This document shows positions 16,699 through 27,278 of a stretch of 34,424 nucleotides of DNA, in pieces. The DNA lies in NCBI GenBank assembly GCA_020053565.1, contig JAGVMY010000162.1, positions 1 through 34,424 of the forward strand, written 5' to 3'. This stretch comes from Thermodesulfovibrionales bacterium (lineage in GTDB: Bacteria > Nitrospirota > Thermodesulfovibrionia > Thermodesulfovibrionales > SM23-35). Position 1 is the first letter of the stretch. The number at the start of each line of letters is the position of its first letter. The notes under the pieces are model-generated. The model was not told the origin of the DNA. It saw only the letters and a list, made by a program, of their open reading frames with translations, and did no database searches. The position numbers were made by a program, and so were the translations under genes.

Positions 16699-17318
16699 AA
16701 ATAGTTCAAAGTTCATCTGCCATTGCAGGCAACGTTAAAAGTAAAAAATTTCTCACTTTATTTACATTCTGTATTTTGAATTTTGCATTTGCATCTATCG
16801 CCTTTGCTGTTAGTGGCGGAGCAGAAGAGGCTCACACTCCCTTGTGGAAAGATTACTTCTGGAAGATTTTTAATTTCGGAATCATAGTCGCATTGCTTTA
16901 TATTTTTGCGAGAAAACCTTTTATGGCATTCTTGAAACAGAGAACAGAACTAATAGAAAAGACCCTTAAAGAGGCTCAAGAGGCAAAAGAGCTTGCACAA
17001 AAGGCACTTCGGGAAGTAGAGGAAAGGCTTAAGACAAAAGATATGGAGATAGAAAAAATTCTCTCTGCATCTAGAGCCACTGGCGAAGATGAGCAGAAAA
17101 GGCTTATAGAGCAGAGCGACAAACTAAGAGAAAAGATATTAGAGCAGGCAAAAGCAAATATAGAGTATGAACTCAAGCATGCAAAAGAGGCAATAAAGGC
17201 AGAAGCTGTTGAGATTGCGATAGAACTCGCAGAGAAAAAGCTTAAAGAAAAGTTGACAAAAGAGGAGCAAGAGAAACTTCTCGGAGAATCCATTGCGAAG
17301 ATAGGGGGGAGTAAGTGA
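16695..17318 (+). CDS. atpF: F-type ATP synthase subunit b (with N-terminal extension)
   Basis: TM helix FNFGIIVALLYIFARKPF followed by a coiled coil. There is an extra N-terminal hydrophobic segment. It overlaps both the b' stop and the atpH start. Confidence 0.85.
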   Translation: MKIVQSSSAIAGNVKSKKFLTLFTFCILNFAFASIAFAVSGGAEEAHTPLWKDYFWKIFNFGIIVALLYIFARKPFMAFLKQRTELIEKTLKEAQEAKELAQKALREVEERLKTKDMEIEKILSASRATGEDEQKRLIEQSDKLREKILEQAKANIEYELKHAKEAIKAEAVEIAIELAEKKLKEKLTKEEQEKLLGESIAKIGGSK

Positions 17319-17854
17319 TAAGAGTGAAGGAGTCAAAGAGATACGCGAAGGCATTACTTGATACCGTCGGCATCGAAAATGCACCCCAGGCTCTTCGTGA
17401 GCTTCAAATGATAAATGATCTTATGGTCAAAAACAAAGAATTCAAAAATCTGCTTGCGAATCCTCAGTTTTCCTTAAAGGAGAGAGAAACAGTTATAAAA
17501 CAGATCGCAGCAACGTTAAACCTTTCTGATCACATAATAAAATTTATTGTGCATTTGTCCGAACTTATGCTTATTATCCAACTCTCAGAGATTATAAGGA
17601 TAGCCGCAAGTCTTTATCTTGAGAAGAAGAAAAGGGCAAAGGCAGTGGTTATGACACCGATTGAGGTAGGCAAGGATTACGATAACAGGCTCAAGTCATC
17701 TCTGGAGAAACTGATAGACAAGTCTGTTGACATAGAGTATGTTATTGACCCCTCTCTCCTTGGTGGGATTCTCGTCAAGGTTGGGAGTACCATGTATGAT
17801 ACCAGTGTAAAAGGCCAGTTAAGGCTTTTAAAAGATGAGCTTATAAAGGGGTGA
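17315..17854 (+). CDS. atpH: F-type ATP synthase subunit delta (OSCP)
   Basis: Its position between b and alpha, and the OSCP-like C-terminus [26 protein letters not shown]. The GTG start overlaps the atpF TGA. Confidence 0.9.
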   Translation: MIRVKESKRYAKALLDTVGIENAPQALRELQMINDLMVKNKEFKNLLANPQFSLKERETVIKQIAATLNLSDHIIKFIVHLSELMLIIQLSEIIRIAASLYLEKKKRAKAVVMTPIEVGKDYDNRLKSSLEKLIDKSVDIEYVIDPSLLGGILVKVGSTMYDTSVKGQLRLLKDELIKG

Positions 17855-17858
17855 TTTT

Positions 17859-19376
17859 ATGGCTATTGAAGGAATCAAGACAGCAGAAATAAGTGAGCTT
17901 TTAAGAAAGCAGATAACAGATTTCGAGAAAAAAGTTGATGTAAGTGAGATCGGCGTAACCACATATGTCGGTGATGGTGTTGTGAAGATATTTGGGCTGG
18001 ATAAGGCGATGTCTTCAGAACTCCTCGAATTTCCGAATAATGTTATGGGTATGGTTCTTAACCTCGAGGAAGATTCAGTTGGTGCCGTTCTTTTCGGTGA
18101 GGACAAGCTTGTGAAAGAAGGCGACATCGTAAAGCGTACAGGGAAAATCATGGTAACTCCTGTTGGCGAGGCAATGATAGGGAGGGTAGTGAATGCTATC
18201 GGCCAGCCTATAGATGGAAAAGGTCCCATTCAAACTACAGAGACAAGACAGGTGGAGGTCGTAGCACCAGGAATCATAAAGAGACAGCCTGTTACTACAC
18301 CGCTGCAGACAGGTCTCAAGGCAATAGACGCTATGATTCCCATCGGAAGGGGGCAAAGAGAGCTTATCATAGGTGACCGCCAGATTGGAAAGTCCTCTAT
18401 CCTGATGGATACGATTATCAATCAAAAAGGTGAAGATGTGATCTGTATCTATTGTTCGATTGGACAGAGGAGACCAGCTGTCGTGCGTTTAGTCAATACT
18501 CTCGAAAAATACGGAGCTATGGAACACACAATAGTCGTTGTTGCAACAGCAAGTGAGCCAGCTCCAATGCAGTATATAGCCCCTTACGTAGCCTGTGCAA
18601 TGGGTGAGTATTTCAGGGACAAAGGTAAGGATGCCTTTATCGCTTATGATGATCTTACGAAGCAGGCCTATGCCTATAGGCAGCTTTCATTGCTCCTCAG
18701 GCGTCCACCAGCCCGTGAGGCATACCCAGGAGATGTATTTTACCTCCATTCAAGACTCCTCGAGAGGGCATGTAAGTTATCGAAAGAGGAGGGGGGCGGT
18801 TCACTCACAGCCATTCCAGTAATTGAAACCCAGGCTGGAGACATATCCGGATATATCCCTACAAATGTTATATCCATTACTGATGGTCAGATATTCCTTG
18901 AGTCAGAGCTCTTTTACGGTGGTGTCAGGCCGGCTATTAATGTGGGTCTTTCAGTAAGCCGTGTTGGTGGAGCTGCCCAGATAAAGGCTATGAAACAGAT
19001 CGCCGGAATGCTCAGGCTCGACCTTGCACAGTATAGAGAGCTTGCTGCATTTGCACAATTTGCCTCTGACCTCGACAAGTCAACCCGGTTACAGCTCGAG
19101 AGAGGAATAAGGATGGTTGAACTCCTGAAGCAGGACGAGTGTGTGCCCATGCCTGTGGATGAACAGATAATGCTCATCTTTGCAGGGACACAGGGCTTCC
19201 TCGATGATGTTCCTGTTGAGGCGATTAAAGCCTTTGAGGAAGGGTTCCTCAGATATATAAAGGCAGAAAAGCAAGATCTCAAGAAAGAGATAATGGCAAA
19301 GAAGACAATAGATGATGACATGAGAAATAAGATTACCGAGGCGATTACAACCTTTAAAAAGACATTTCAACCATAA
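17859..19376 (+). CDS. atpA: F-type ATP synthase subunit alpha
   Basis: Walker A GDRQIGKS, plus highly conserved alpha-subunit blocks ([30 protein letters not shown]). Confidence 0.97.
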   Translation: MAIEGIKTAEISELLRKQITDFEKKVDVSEIGVTTYVGDGVVKIFGLDKAMSSELLEFPNNVMGMVLNLEEDSVGAVLFGEDKLVKEGDIVKRTGKIMVTPVGEAMIGRVVNAIGQPIDGKGPIQTTETRQVEVVAPGIIKRQPVTTPLQTGLKAIDAMIPIGRGQRELIIGDRQIGKSSILMDTIINQKGEDVICIYCSIGQRRPAVVRLVNTLEKYGAMEHTIVVVATASEPAPMQYIAPYVACAMGEYFRDKGKDAFIAYDDLTKQAYAYRQLSLLLRRPPAREAYPGDVFYLHSRLLERACKLSKEEGGGSLTAIPVIETQAGDISGYIPTNVISITDGQIFLESELFYGGVRPAINVGLSVSRVGGAAQIKAMKQIAGMLRLDLAQYRELAAFAQFASDLDKSTRLQLERGIRMVELLKQDECVPMPVDEQIMLIFAGTQGFLDDVPVEAIKAFEEGFLRYIKAEKQDLKKEIMAKKTIDDDMRNKITEAITTFKKTFQP

Positions 19377-19404
19377 ATAATAATAGTAAGACAGGGGATA
19401 TTAA

Positions 19405-20289
19405 ATGCCGACTTTAAGGGATTTAAGGAAAAAAATAAAGTCAATCCAGAGCACTAAGAAGATCACGAAGGCGATGAAGATGGTAGCTGCTGCAAAGCTG
19501 AGGAGGGTCCAGGACCGAATGCTGAATTTCAGGCCCTATGCTATAAGCATGAGCTCAGTCCTTTCTGACCTTGCAGCGGTTGCAGAAAGGCAACTCCACC
19601 CGCTTCTCGCGGTAAGAGGGAGGAAGACTGTAGAAGTTCTTGTGATAACCAGTGATAAAGGTCTCTGCGGAGCCTTTAATACGAATATCCTGAGGGCTGC
19701 AGCGAATTATATTGAATCTTTGAAAAAAGAGGGTTTCGAAATAAGCCTCAGTGTTGTAGGCAGAAAAGCCCGTGATTACTTCCGGAGGAGAAACCTACCG
19801 GCAAGGAAGATCTGGATTGGGCTCTCTGGAAGGATAGCTTATACAAATGCTCAAGAGATCGCAAGTGAACTGATAACAAATTACGTCAGTGAAACCGTAG
19901 ATGAAGTTGTTCTTGTATACAATGAATTCAAGTCGTTAGCTCTCCAGAAGATTTCTATTGTGAGGCTTCTTCCCCTGGGGAAATTAGAGTCAGAAAAGGG
20001 TCAGTCTGAGGTAGGTCCAATAACTGCTGATTTTCTCTATGAACCTGTTGTTGAGGCGCTCTTTGAAATGCTCTTACCAAAACATATAGAGATACAGGTT
20101 TACAGGGCACTCCTTGAGTCAAGTGCTGCTGAAGAGGCTGCAAGGATGACCGCTATGGAAAATGCAGCGAAAAACTGTGAAGATCTTATTCAAAGGGTAA
20201 CACTTCTTGCGAATAAGGTGAGACAGGCAAGTATCACAAAAGATCTGATGGATATCGTCGGTGGTGTTGAAGCTCTGAAAGTGAAGTAA
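19405..20289 (+). CDS. atpG: F-type ATP synthase subunit gamma
   Basis: MPTLRDLRKKIKSIQSTKKITKAMKMVAAAKLRR.. at the N-terminus and ..ITKDLMDIVGG at the C-terminus. Confidence 0.95.
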   Translation: MPTLRDLRKKIKSIQSTKKITKAMKMVAAAKLRRVQDRMLNFRPYAISMSSVLSDLAAVAERQLHPLLAVRGRKTVEVLVITSDKGLCGAFNTNILRAAANYIESLKKEGFEISLSVVGRKARDYFRRRNLPARKIWIGLSGRIAYTNAQEIASELITNYVSETVDEVVLVYNEFKSLALQKISIVRLLPLGKLESEKGQSEVGPITADFLYEPVVEALFEMLLPKHIEIQVYRALLESSAAEEAARMTAMENAAKNCEDLIQRVTLLANKVRQASITKDLMDIVGGVEALKVK

Positions 20290-20322
20290 TAGAGGACAAG
20301 AAATGAAGTGTACAAACAATAA

Positions 20323-21762
<1,440 letters not shown>

Positions 21763-21787
21763 AAAGTTAAGGTAGGGGAGTAAATTA

Positions 21788-22198
21788 ATGGAGAATAAAT
21801 TAAGACTTCAAATTGTTTCACCATATGGTCTTATCTTTGAAGATGATGTGGATGAATTTGCAGCTGCCGGAAGCGAAGGAGATTTTGGGGTATTACCCGG
21901 ACATGCACCTTTTCTTACAGGTCTAAAAATAGGGATGCTCTCTTATAAGAAGGGTAATGAAGCAGGGTATATTTTTATTAATAGAGGATTTGCAGAGATA
22001 GGGCCTGATAAGGTTGTCGTTCTGGCAGATAGCGCAGAGAAAGCTGAAGACATTGATACGGAAAGGGCTAAGGCTGCAATGAAGCGAGCTGAAGAAAGGC
22101 TCAAAAAAGCAGAGGACATAGATTTTGCCAGGGCAGAAGCAGCTCTTGAAAGGGCAACGATAAGAACTCAGATAGCAGAAAAAAGAACTATGAGATAA
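21788..22198 (+). CDS. atpC: F-type ATP synthase subunit epsilon
   Basis: Last gene of the operon. A beta-sandwich N-terminal part (LQIVSPYGLIFEDDV..GVLPGHAP) is followed by a helical hairpin. Confidence 0.92.
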   Translation: MENKLRLQIVSPYGLIFEDDVDEFAAAGSEGDFGVLPGHAPFLTGLKIGMLSYKKGNEAGYIFINRGFAEIGPDKVVVLADSAEKAEDIDTERAKAAMKRAEERLKKAEDIDFARAEAALERATIRTQIAEKRTMR

Positions 22199-22219
22199 TT
22201 CATTAATAATAAATAGTAA

Positions 22220-22252
22220 GGGGGTCATGCTCGCGCATGACCCCCTTTTTTG
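22220..22252 (+). terminator. Rho-independent terminator of the atp operon
   Basis: GGGGGTCATGC-tcgc-GCATGACCCCC is a perfect 11-bp stem, followed by TTTTTT. Confidence 0.9.
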
Positions 22253-22287
22253 TTTGTTCACTTACACCACAAAAACTTAATTTCATG

Positions 22288-22317
22288 TTGCCGAAATTAA
22301 AACCGGTGAGCTATACT
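22288..22317 (+). promoter_or_regulatory. Putative promoter of the PRC/MgtE_N/CBS - NRAMP - mtnA unit
   Basis: TTGCCG (22288-22293), 18-nt spacer, TATACT (22312-22317). Confidence 0.35.
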
Positions 22318-22363
22318 TTCTAATCATTACTACCCAAGAAAGCAGTGAGAATGGAGTCAAGGT

Positions 22364-23626
22364 ATGCCTTTTTTTGGTGAATTGTTTGCAAGTGAAATAT
22401 TAAGAAAGCCTGTGCTTGACCCAAAAGGGGAGGAACTCGGCAGGGTAAAAGACATCGTAATTGTGAGGGGTGAACCGCTTCCAAAAGTGTCTGCCCTGAT
22501 TATCGATCGGAGAAAGGGAATGTTAAGACTCCCATGGTCTGACCTGAACATATTTAATAAGAGAATAATCTCTGCAAATATTTACAGTGACGTTCTCCAG
22601 CCTTATGAACATAATGAGGAGGACCTCCTGTTAGTGAGAGATATTCTCGATAAACAGATAGTTGATGCAAATGGTGCAAAGGTTGTCAGGGTAAATGATG
22701 TAAAACTCGAGGGTCTTAATACAGAAGCGGTCCTTATAGCAGTTGATGTAGGGATGAGAGGGATTTTGCGGAGGCTCGGAGTTGAAAGGGGTGGAGAAGA
22801 TCTGATGAAGCTGTTTAAAAGACACCTCCCCTATAATCTCATAAGCTGGAATTATATACAGCCCCTTCAGCCAAAGCTGACAACCATATCACTTACTGTT
22901 CCGAGGCAGATGGTGTCAGAATTGCACCCTGCTGACATTGCAGAGATAATAAGTCAGGTTTCACATAAAGAAGGTGCATCATTTTTCAAAGGGCTCGACG
23001 TTGAAACTGCTGCTGAAGCTCTTTCAGAGCTGGAACCAGAGACGCAGGTTGAGATTATAAGCGGGATGGAACCAGATAAGGCAGCAGATATTATAGAAGA
23101 GATGCCTCCTGACGAGGCTGCTGATGTCCTGAGTGACCTTCCTGCAGATAAAGCGAAAGAGATACTTGAGAGTATTGAAAAGGAGGAAGCTGAAGATATT
23201 CAGGAGCTCATGGGTCACGAAGAAGATACCGCAGGAGGAATAATGACGAATGAATTTATCTCATACCATCCAGAGACTACTATAAAGAAAGCGATAGAAG
23301 ACTTTAGAAAAAATGCAGAGGAAGTAGAAACGGTTTACTATATCTACGTCGTAGATGCCGATGAAAAACTTGTTGGTGTCATCTCTCTGAGAGAACTCCT
23401 TCTTGCACCTCTGGATGCAAAACTCTCAGATATTATGGAAACAAAACTGAAGATGGTTACTCCTGAAACTGATGAAGGTGAGGTTGCTGAAATTATATCA
23501 AAGTACAACATTGTGGCCCTTCCCGTTGTTGATACTGAGGGATATATGCTCGGTATCGTTGCTATTGATGACGTGATAGATAGAATTCTGCCACCTGCAG
23601 CAAAGCGCAAAAGGAGAAAGGTGTGA
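22364..23626 (+). CDS. Soluble protein with two PRC-barrel domains, an MgtE N-terminal domain and a CBS pair (no membrane domain)
   Basis: PRC-like repeats (ILRKPVLDPKGEELGRVKDIVI; ILDKQIVDANGAKVVRVNDVKL). An acidic MgtE_N-type helical region (AAEALSELEPE..PDEAADVLSDLPADKAKEIL). A CBS pair (VYYIYVVDADEKLVGVISLRELL; ALPVVDTEGYMLGIVAIDDVID). It ends exactly where the MgtE TM domain would start. Confidence 0.85.
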   Translation: MPFFGELFASEILRKPVLDPKGEELGRVKDIVIVRGEPLPKVSALIIDRRKGMLRLPWSDLNIFNKRIISANIYSDVLQPYEHNEEDLLLVRDILDKQIVDANGAKVVRVNDVKLEGLNTEAVLIAVDVGMRGILRRLGVERGGEDLMKLFKRHLPYNLISWNYIQPLQPKLTTISLTVPRQMVSELHPADIAEIISQVSHKEGASFFKGLDVETAAEALSELEPETQVEIISGMEPDKAADIIEEMPPDEAADVLSDLPADKAKEILESIEKEEAEDIQELMGHEEDTAGGIMTNEFISYHPETTIKKAIEDFRKNAEEVETVYYIYVVDADEKLVGVISLRELLLAPLDAKLSDIMETKLKMVTPETDEGEVAEIISKYNIVALPVVDTEGYMLGIVAIDDVIDRILPPAAKRKRRKV

Positions 23627-24858
23627 GCCTCCGGAGAAAAATTATTTTGTTTCTCTCTGTAATGGGACCGGGGATAATAACCGCAAACGTAGACAATGAT
23701 GCGAGCGGTATTACCACCTACTCTGTGGCAGGTGCCCGTTTCGGATATGCGCTCTTATGGACACTTATACCCATTACTGTTGCTCTTGTGGTAGTTCAGG
23801 AAATGGTTGCAAGAATGGGTGCGGTAACAGGTAAGGGCCTCTCTGATCTTATAAGAGAAAACTATGGTGTCAGATCAACTTTTTTCATGATGACTGTCCT
23901 CTTCATCGCTAACTTCGGGAACACAGTTGCTGATTTTGCAGGATGGGCTGCAAGCATGGAGATTCTTGGCTTCAGTAAATATCTGATGGTTCCCCTGGGC
24001 GCATTAGTTATCTGGATGGTAGTCATAAAAGGGAGTTACAAGTTTGTTGAGCGAATTCTGCTTGTTGCATGTCTTCTGTATTTTGGATATGTCCTTTCAG
24101 GTTTTATGGCAAAACCAGACTGGACTGAAGTATTTAGGAGCACCGTCGTTCCTCAAATAAAATGGAACCCTGAATTTATCATATTAAGTATAGGCATCAT
24201 TGGAACAACCATTACTCCATGGATGCAGTTTTATCTTCAATCATCCATTGCTGAAAAAGGGATAAAGAAGGAGGAATATAAAGTTTCCAAGCTCGACGTG
24301 TTTATCGGATGCGGTATTACGAATATTATAGCGTTTTTCATTATCATTACCTGCGCAACAACCCTCTTCCCATATGGAATAAAGATCAATGAAGCATCAG
24401 AAGCCGCACTGGCACTGAAACCTCTTGCAGGAAACTATGCCTTTTTAATATTTGCGATCAGCCTCGCTAATGCAGCGATCTTGGGTGCAATTATTGTCCC
24501 CCTTGCAACTTCCTATTATATCTGTGAGGCAATGGGCTGGGAAAGGGGTGTGAATAAAACCTTTAGAGAAGCACCGCAATTTATGTGGATATACACTTTT
24601 ATGATAGTTACTGCTTCACTTTTAGTACTTATACCAGGTGCCCCGCTTGTGTTTCTCATGGTGATGTCTGCTGTGCTCAATGGACTGCTCCTCCCCTTTG
24701 TCCTGATTTATGCGCTCTCTCTTGTCAATAATAAAAAGATCATGGGAGAGTATGTAAATCCAAGGAGCTACAATGTTATATCGTGGGGGACAGTAGTTGT
24801 GATTGCTGTCCTTACACTATTATTTGTAACAGCTACATTAATTCCCTTGAGGGTCTGA
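23623..24858 (+). CDS. NRAMP-family divalent cation transporter with a non-canonical metal site
   Basis: About 11 TM segments. The MGPGIITANVDNDASGITTYSVAGARFGYALLW block aligns to MGPAFIAAIGYIDPGNFAT..FGY..LW of MntH. The GTG start overlaps the upstream TGA (GTGTGA), with AAGGAG 7 nt upstream. Confidence 0.88.
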   Translation: MSLRRKIILFLSVMGPGIITANVDNDASGITTYSVAGARFGYALLWTLIPITVALVVVQEMVARMGAVTGKGLSDLIRENYGVRSTFFMMTVLFIANFGNTVADFAGWAASMEILGFSKYLMVPLGALVIWMVVIKGSYKFVERILLVACLLYFGYVLSGFMAKPDWTEVFRSTVVPQIKWNPEFIILSIGIIGTTITPWMQFYLQSSIAEKGIKKEEYKVSKLDVFIGCGITNIIAFFIIITCATTLFPYGIKINEASEAALALKPLAGNYAFLIFAISLANAAILGAIIVPLATSYYICEAMGWERGVNKTFREAPQFMWIYTFMIVTASLLVLIPGAPLVFLMVMSAVLNGLLLPFVLIYALSLVNNKKIMGEYVNPRSYNVISWGTVVVIAVLTLLFVTATLIPLRV

Positions 24859-24859
24859 T

Positions 24860-25924
24860 ATGGTGAATGCAATAGAATGGGTTGACGGAAGAATCATCAT
24901 GCTCGACCAGTCAAAGTTGCCTTTTGAGGTGGTCTTTATTGAGTGCACTGATTACAGGCAGGTTGCAGAAGGGATAAAGAAGCTCTGGATAAGAGGCGCA
25001 CCAGCCATAGGGATTGCAACAGCAATGGGCATAGCACTCGGAGCACAGGATATAAAGGCAGACAATTTTAAGGAGTTTATGAAAGGGCTTGAGCCTGTAG
25101 TTAATGAAATGCTTTCAACAAGACCTACAGCAGTGAATATAAAATGGGCTGTCGAAAGAATAAATATTTTCCTGAGAGAGAAACGTGGTGAATCGGTGAA
25201 TAGGTTAAAGGAACTCCTTATTGATGAAGCAAAGAAAATACTTAAGGAAGACGTCGAAGTCAATAAGGCAATCGGTAAATGGGGTGCAGAACTCATAAAA
25301 GATGGCAATACAATCCTTACTCACTGCAATGCAGGAGCCCTCGCAACAGGCGGATACGGTACAGCAACTGCACCAATGCTTGTTGCAAGAGAGCAGGGCA
25401 AAAAGTTTGAAGTGATTGTTGACGAGACAAGGCCTGTACTTCAGGGTGCAAGGCTTACTACATGGGAACTTATGCAAGAAGGGATACCTGTTACTCTTAT
25501 TACTGACAACACTGCAGGTGCCCTGATGAAAATGGGCACGATTGATCTTGTCATTGTCGGCACTGACAGAACAGCACGAAACGGCGATGTTGCAAATAAG
25601 ATCGGAACCTATACACTATCTGTCCTGTGCAAAGAGCACAAGATACCTTTCTATGTGGCTGCACCTCTCAGCAGTATTGATTTTTCCATCAGTTCAGGGA
25701 AATACATACCCATAGAAGAGAGAGGATCTGAAGAAGTTACCCATATATTCGGTAAATGTCAGATTGCACCTGATGGTGTGAGAGTAAGGAATATTGCCTT
25801 TGATGTGACCCCTCATAAATATGTCACTGCGATCATTACGGAAAAGGGTATATTCAAGCCGGGTGATATCAAAAAGCTCAAGAAGGCTAACATCAATCTC
25901 GAAGAAGTGCGATTTAAACCTTAA
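24860..25924 (+). CDS. mtnA: S-methyl-5-thioribose-1-phosphate isomerase
   Basis: eIF-2B-like family: WIRGAPAIGI, THCNAGALAT, GTDRTARNGDVANKIGTY. It starts 1 nt after the NRAMP stop. Confidence 0.9.
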   Translation: MVNAIEWVDGRIIMLDQSKLPFEVVFIECTDYRQVAEGIKKLWIRGAPAIGIATAMGIALGAQDIKADNFKEFMKGLEPVVNEMLSTRPTAVNIKWAVERINIFLREKRGESVNRLKELLIDEAKKILKEDVEVNKAIGKWGAELIKDGNTILTHCNAGALATGGYGTATAPMLVAREQGKKFEVIVDETRPVLQGARLTTWELMQEGIPVTLITDNTAGALMKMGTIDLVIVGTDRTARNGDVANKIGTYTLSVLCKEHKIPFYVAAPLSSIDFSISSGKYIPIEERGSEEVTHIFGKCQIAPDGVRVRNIAFDVTPHKYVTAIITEKGIFKPGDIKKLKKANINLEEVRFKP

Positions 25925-25999
25925 GTTTTCAATTCATCTTTGCCTCAAAAATATATAAAAACCCTGCAATATTTGTAATCCCGATACCAGAAAACTCTT

Positions 26000-26236
26000 T
26001 TAAAGAGAGAAGATGTTTGTCTCCTGCTCTGTGAGTTTCATTATCTTAGCCTTCTTTGCACCATATCTCTGAAGCCTGAAAAATTCATCTTCGAGCTTTT
26101 CCTGTCTGTAGAGGCTAAACATTTCTCTGAACAGCTGACTCTTTGTTTCACCTTTTATCCTTGCCATTGTCACATATTCCTGTGCAATATCAGGGGGGAG
26201 AGATATAGTCATCGCAATCCTTTTTCTCGTCGGCAT
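26000..26236 (-). CDS. Ribbon-helix-helix (CopG/antitoxin-like) DNA-binding protein, with no toxin partner
   Basis: RIAMTISLPPDIAQEYVTMARIKGETKSQLFREMF is an RHH beta-alpha-alpha signature. GGGAGG SD lies 6 nt before the ATG at 26234-26236. The downstream neighbour is the convergent mtnA. Confidence 0.75.
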   Translation of the reverse strand: MPTRKRIAMTISLPPDIAQEYVTMARIKGETKSQLFREMFSLYRQEKLEDEFFRLQRYGAKKAKIMKLTEQETNIFSL

Positions 26237-26251
26237 CACACACCTCCCTAT

Positions 26252-26272
26252 AGGTCATAGACCTCATGGTCT
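26252..26272. promoter_or_regulatory. Overlapping palindromes, candidate RHH operator
   Basis: AGGTC-ata-GACCT (26252-26264) and AGACC-tcat-GGTCT (26259-26272), immediately upstream of the RHH SD. Confidence 0.35.
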
Positions 26273-26457
26273 GTGCCTCATTATTTTTTATTCTAAGTAG
26301 CCATTTTCTGTCATTGTATTAATTGCTATTCTATTATCATCGGCAATAGCAATGGCAGGGGAAATGATAACAGTTAAAAGGATCATTGGAACAGGTAATT
26401 CTTTTACAAAGATACAAAATCATCTCAAGCTCTGTATAAATTATACATTAAAACTTA

Positions 26458-26841
26458 TCACTCCCCAATAATCTTCACGAGCACCCTTTTTCTCCTTCTA
26501 CCGTCGAATTCTCCATAAAAAATCTGCTCCCAGGGGCCGAAATCCAGTTTGCCATCTGTTACAGCAACCACAACCTCCCTTCCCATAATTTGTTGCTTCA
26601 TGTGTGCATCTGCATTGTCCTCTCCCACATTATGACGGTATTGAGAAACAGGTTCATGCGGTGCAAGTTTTTCAAGCCAGACATCAAAGTCATGGTGAAG
26701 CCCTGATTCGTCATCGTTTATAAAAACAGATGCGGTTATGTGCATGGCATTTACAAGCACGAGCCCTTCCTTAATGCCACTTTCCCTGAGACATTTTTCA
26801 ACCTCTGTGGTAATATTTATAAAAGCCCGGCGTGCCGGCAC
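26458..26841 (-). CDS. yjbQ: YjbQ/UPF0047 family protein (secondary thiamine-phosphate synthase-like)
   Basis: [60 protein letters not shown]. The GTG start at 26841 is the conservative call. The family-like sequence [11 protein letters not shown] continues upstream to an ATA at 26872-26874. Confidence 0.85.
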   Translation of the reverse strand: MPARRAFINITTEVEKCLRESGIKEGLVLVNAMHITASVFINDDESGLHHDFDVWLEKLAPHEPVSQYRHNVGEDNADAHMKQQIMGREVVVAVTDGKLDFGPWEQIFYGEFDGRRRKRVLVKIIGE

Positions 26842-26870
26842 ATTAAACCATAGTTCTTTGCGATAACTTT

Positions 26871-27086
26871 TTATAGAATCTTCAATCTCCTTCTCCTGTA
26901 CCCCACAGAAATAAAGTCATTTTTTCCCTTTTTTTCTATTTTCTTTAACCCAAGGTCAAGGAGAATTTTTCTTTCCTCTTCATCTCGTTTAGTAGTCTTT
27001 CTATATCTTCTTAGGCCGAGCTTATCCCTTAAGACAAGGAATTCTACTGGTGATACATCTTCATATTTCTTTATTCTTATCTTCAT
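26871..27086 (-). CDS. Small basic hypothetical protein (71 aa) coupled to yjbQ
   Basis: ATG at 27084-27086. Its stop TAA overlaps the position of the ancestral yjbQ start (ATAA). No family recognised. Confidence 0.45.
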   Translation of the reverse strand: MKIRIKKYEDVSPVEFLVLRDKLGLRRYRKTTKRDEEERKILLDLGLKKIEKKGKNDFISVGYRRRRLKIL

Positions 27087-27238
27087 TACTCAACCTTTTT
27101 CCTTAATTCTAAAAGCTCTGATAAAATATCGTTTTTAAATGATAAATAATAACAACTCTCATTGTTTACTACAAGAGCCTTAGAAGTTAAAAGTTCTGTC
27201 AGTCTTGGCAATAGGGAATAGCAATTAACACGAAATGA

Positions 27239-27268
27239 TTGACGGTAATCACACTTAAGTTTTATTAT
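27239..27268 (+). promoter_or_regulatory. Putative tyrS promoter, placed for a (near-)leaderless transcript
   Basis: TTGACG (27239-27244), 18-nt spacer, TATTAT (27263-27268). The ATG at 27279 is only 10 nt downstream and no SD is present. Confidence 0.35.
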
Positions 27269-27278
27269 TATAGCCACT

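Noticed and set aside
17828-19370. Several 60-135-aa minus-strand ORFs and a plus-strand off-frame ORF within atpA
   Set aside because: They are antisense or off-frame to a near-universally conserved gene, with no SDs and no recognisable motifs.
27087-27278. T-box leader upstream of tyrS
   Set aside because: The region is AT-rich, with no specifier-loop/T-box-like conserved stems or terminator/antiterminator pair. The best promoter sits immediately next to the ATG.
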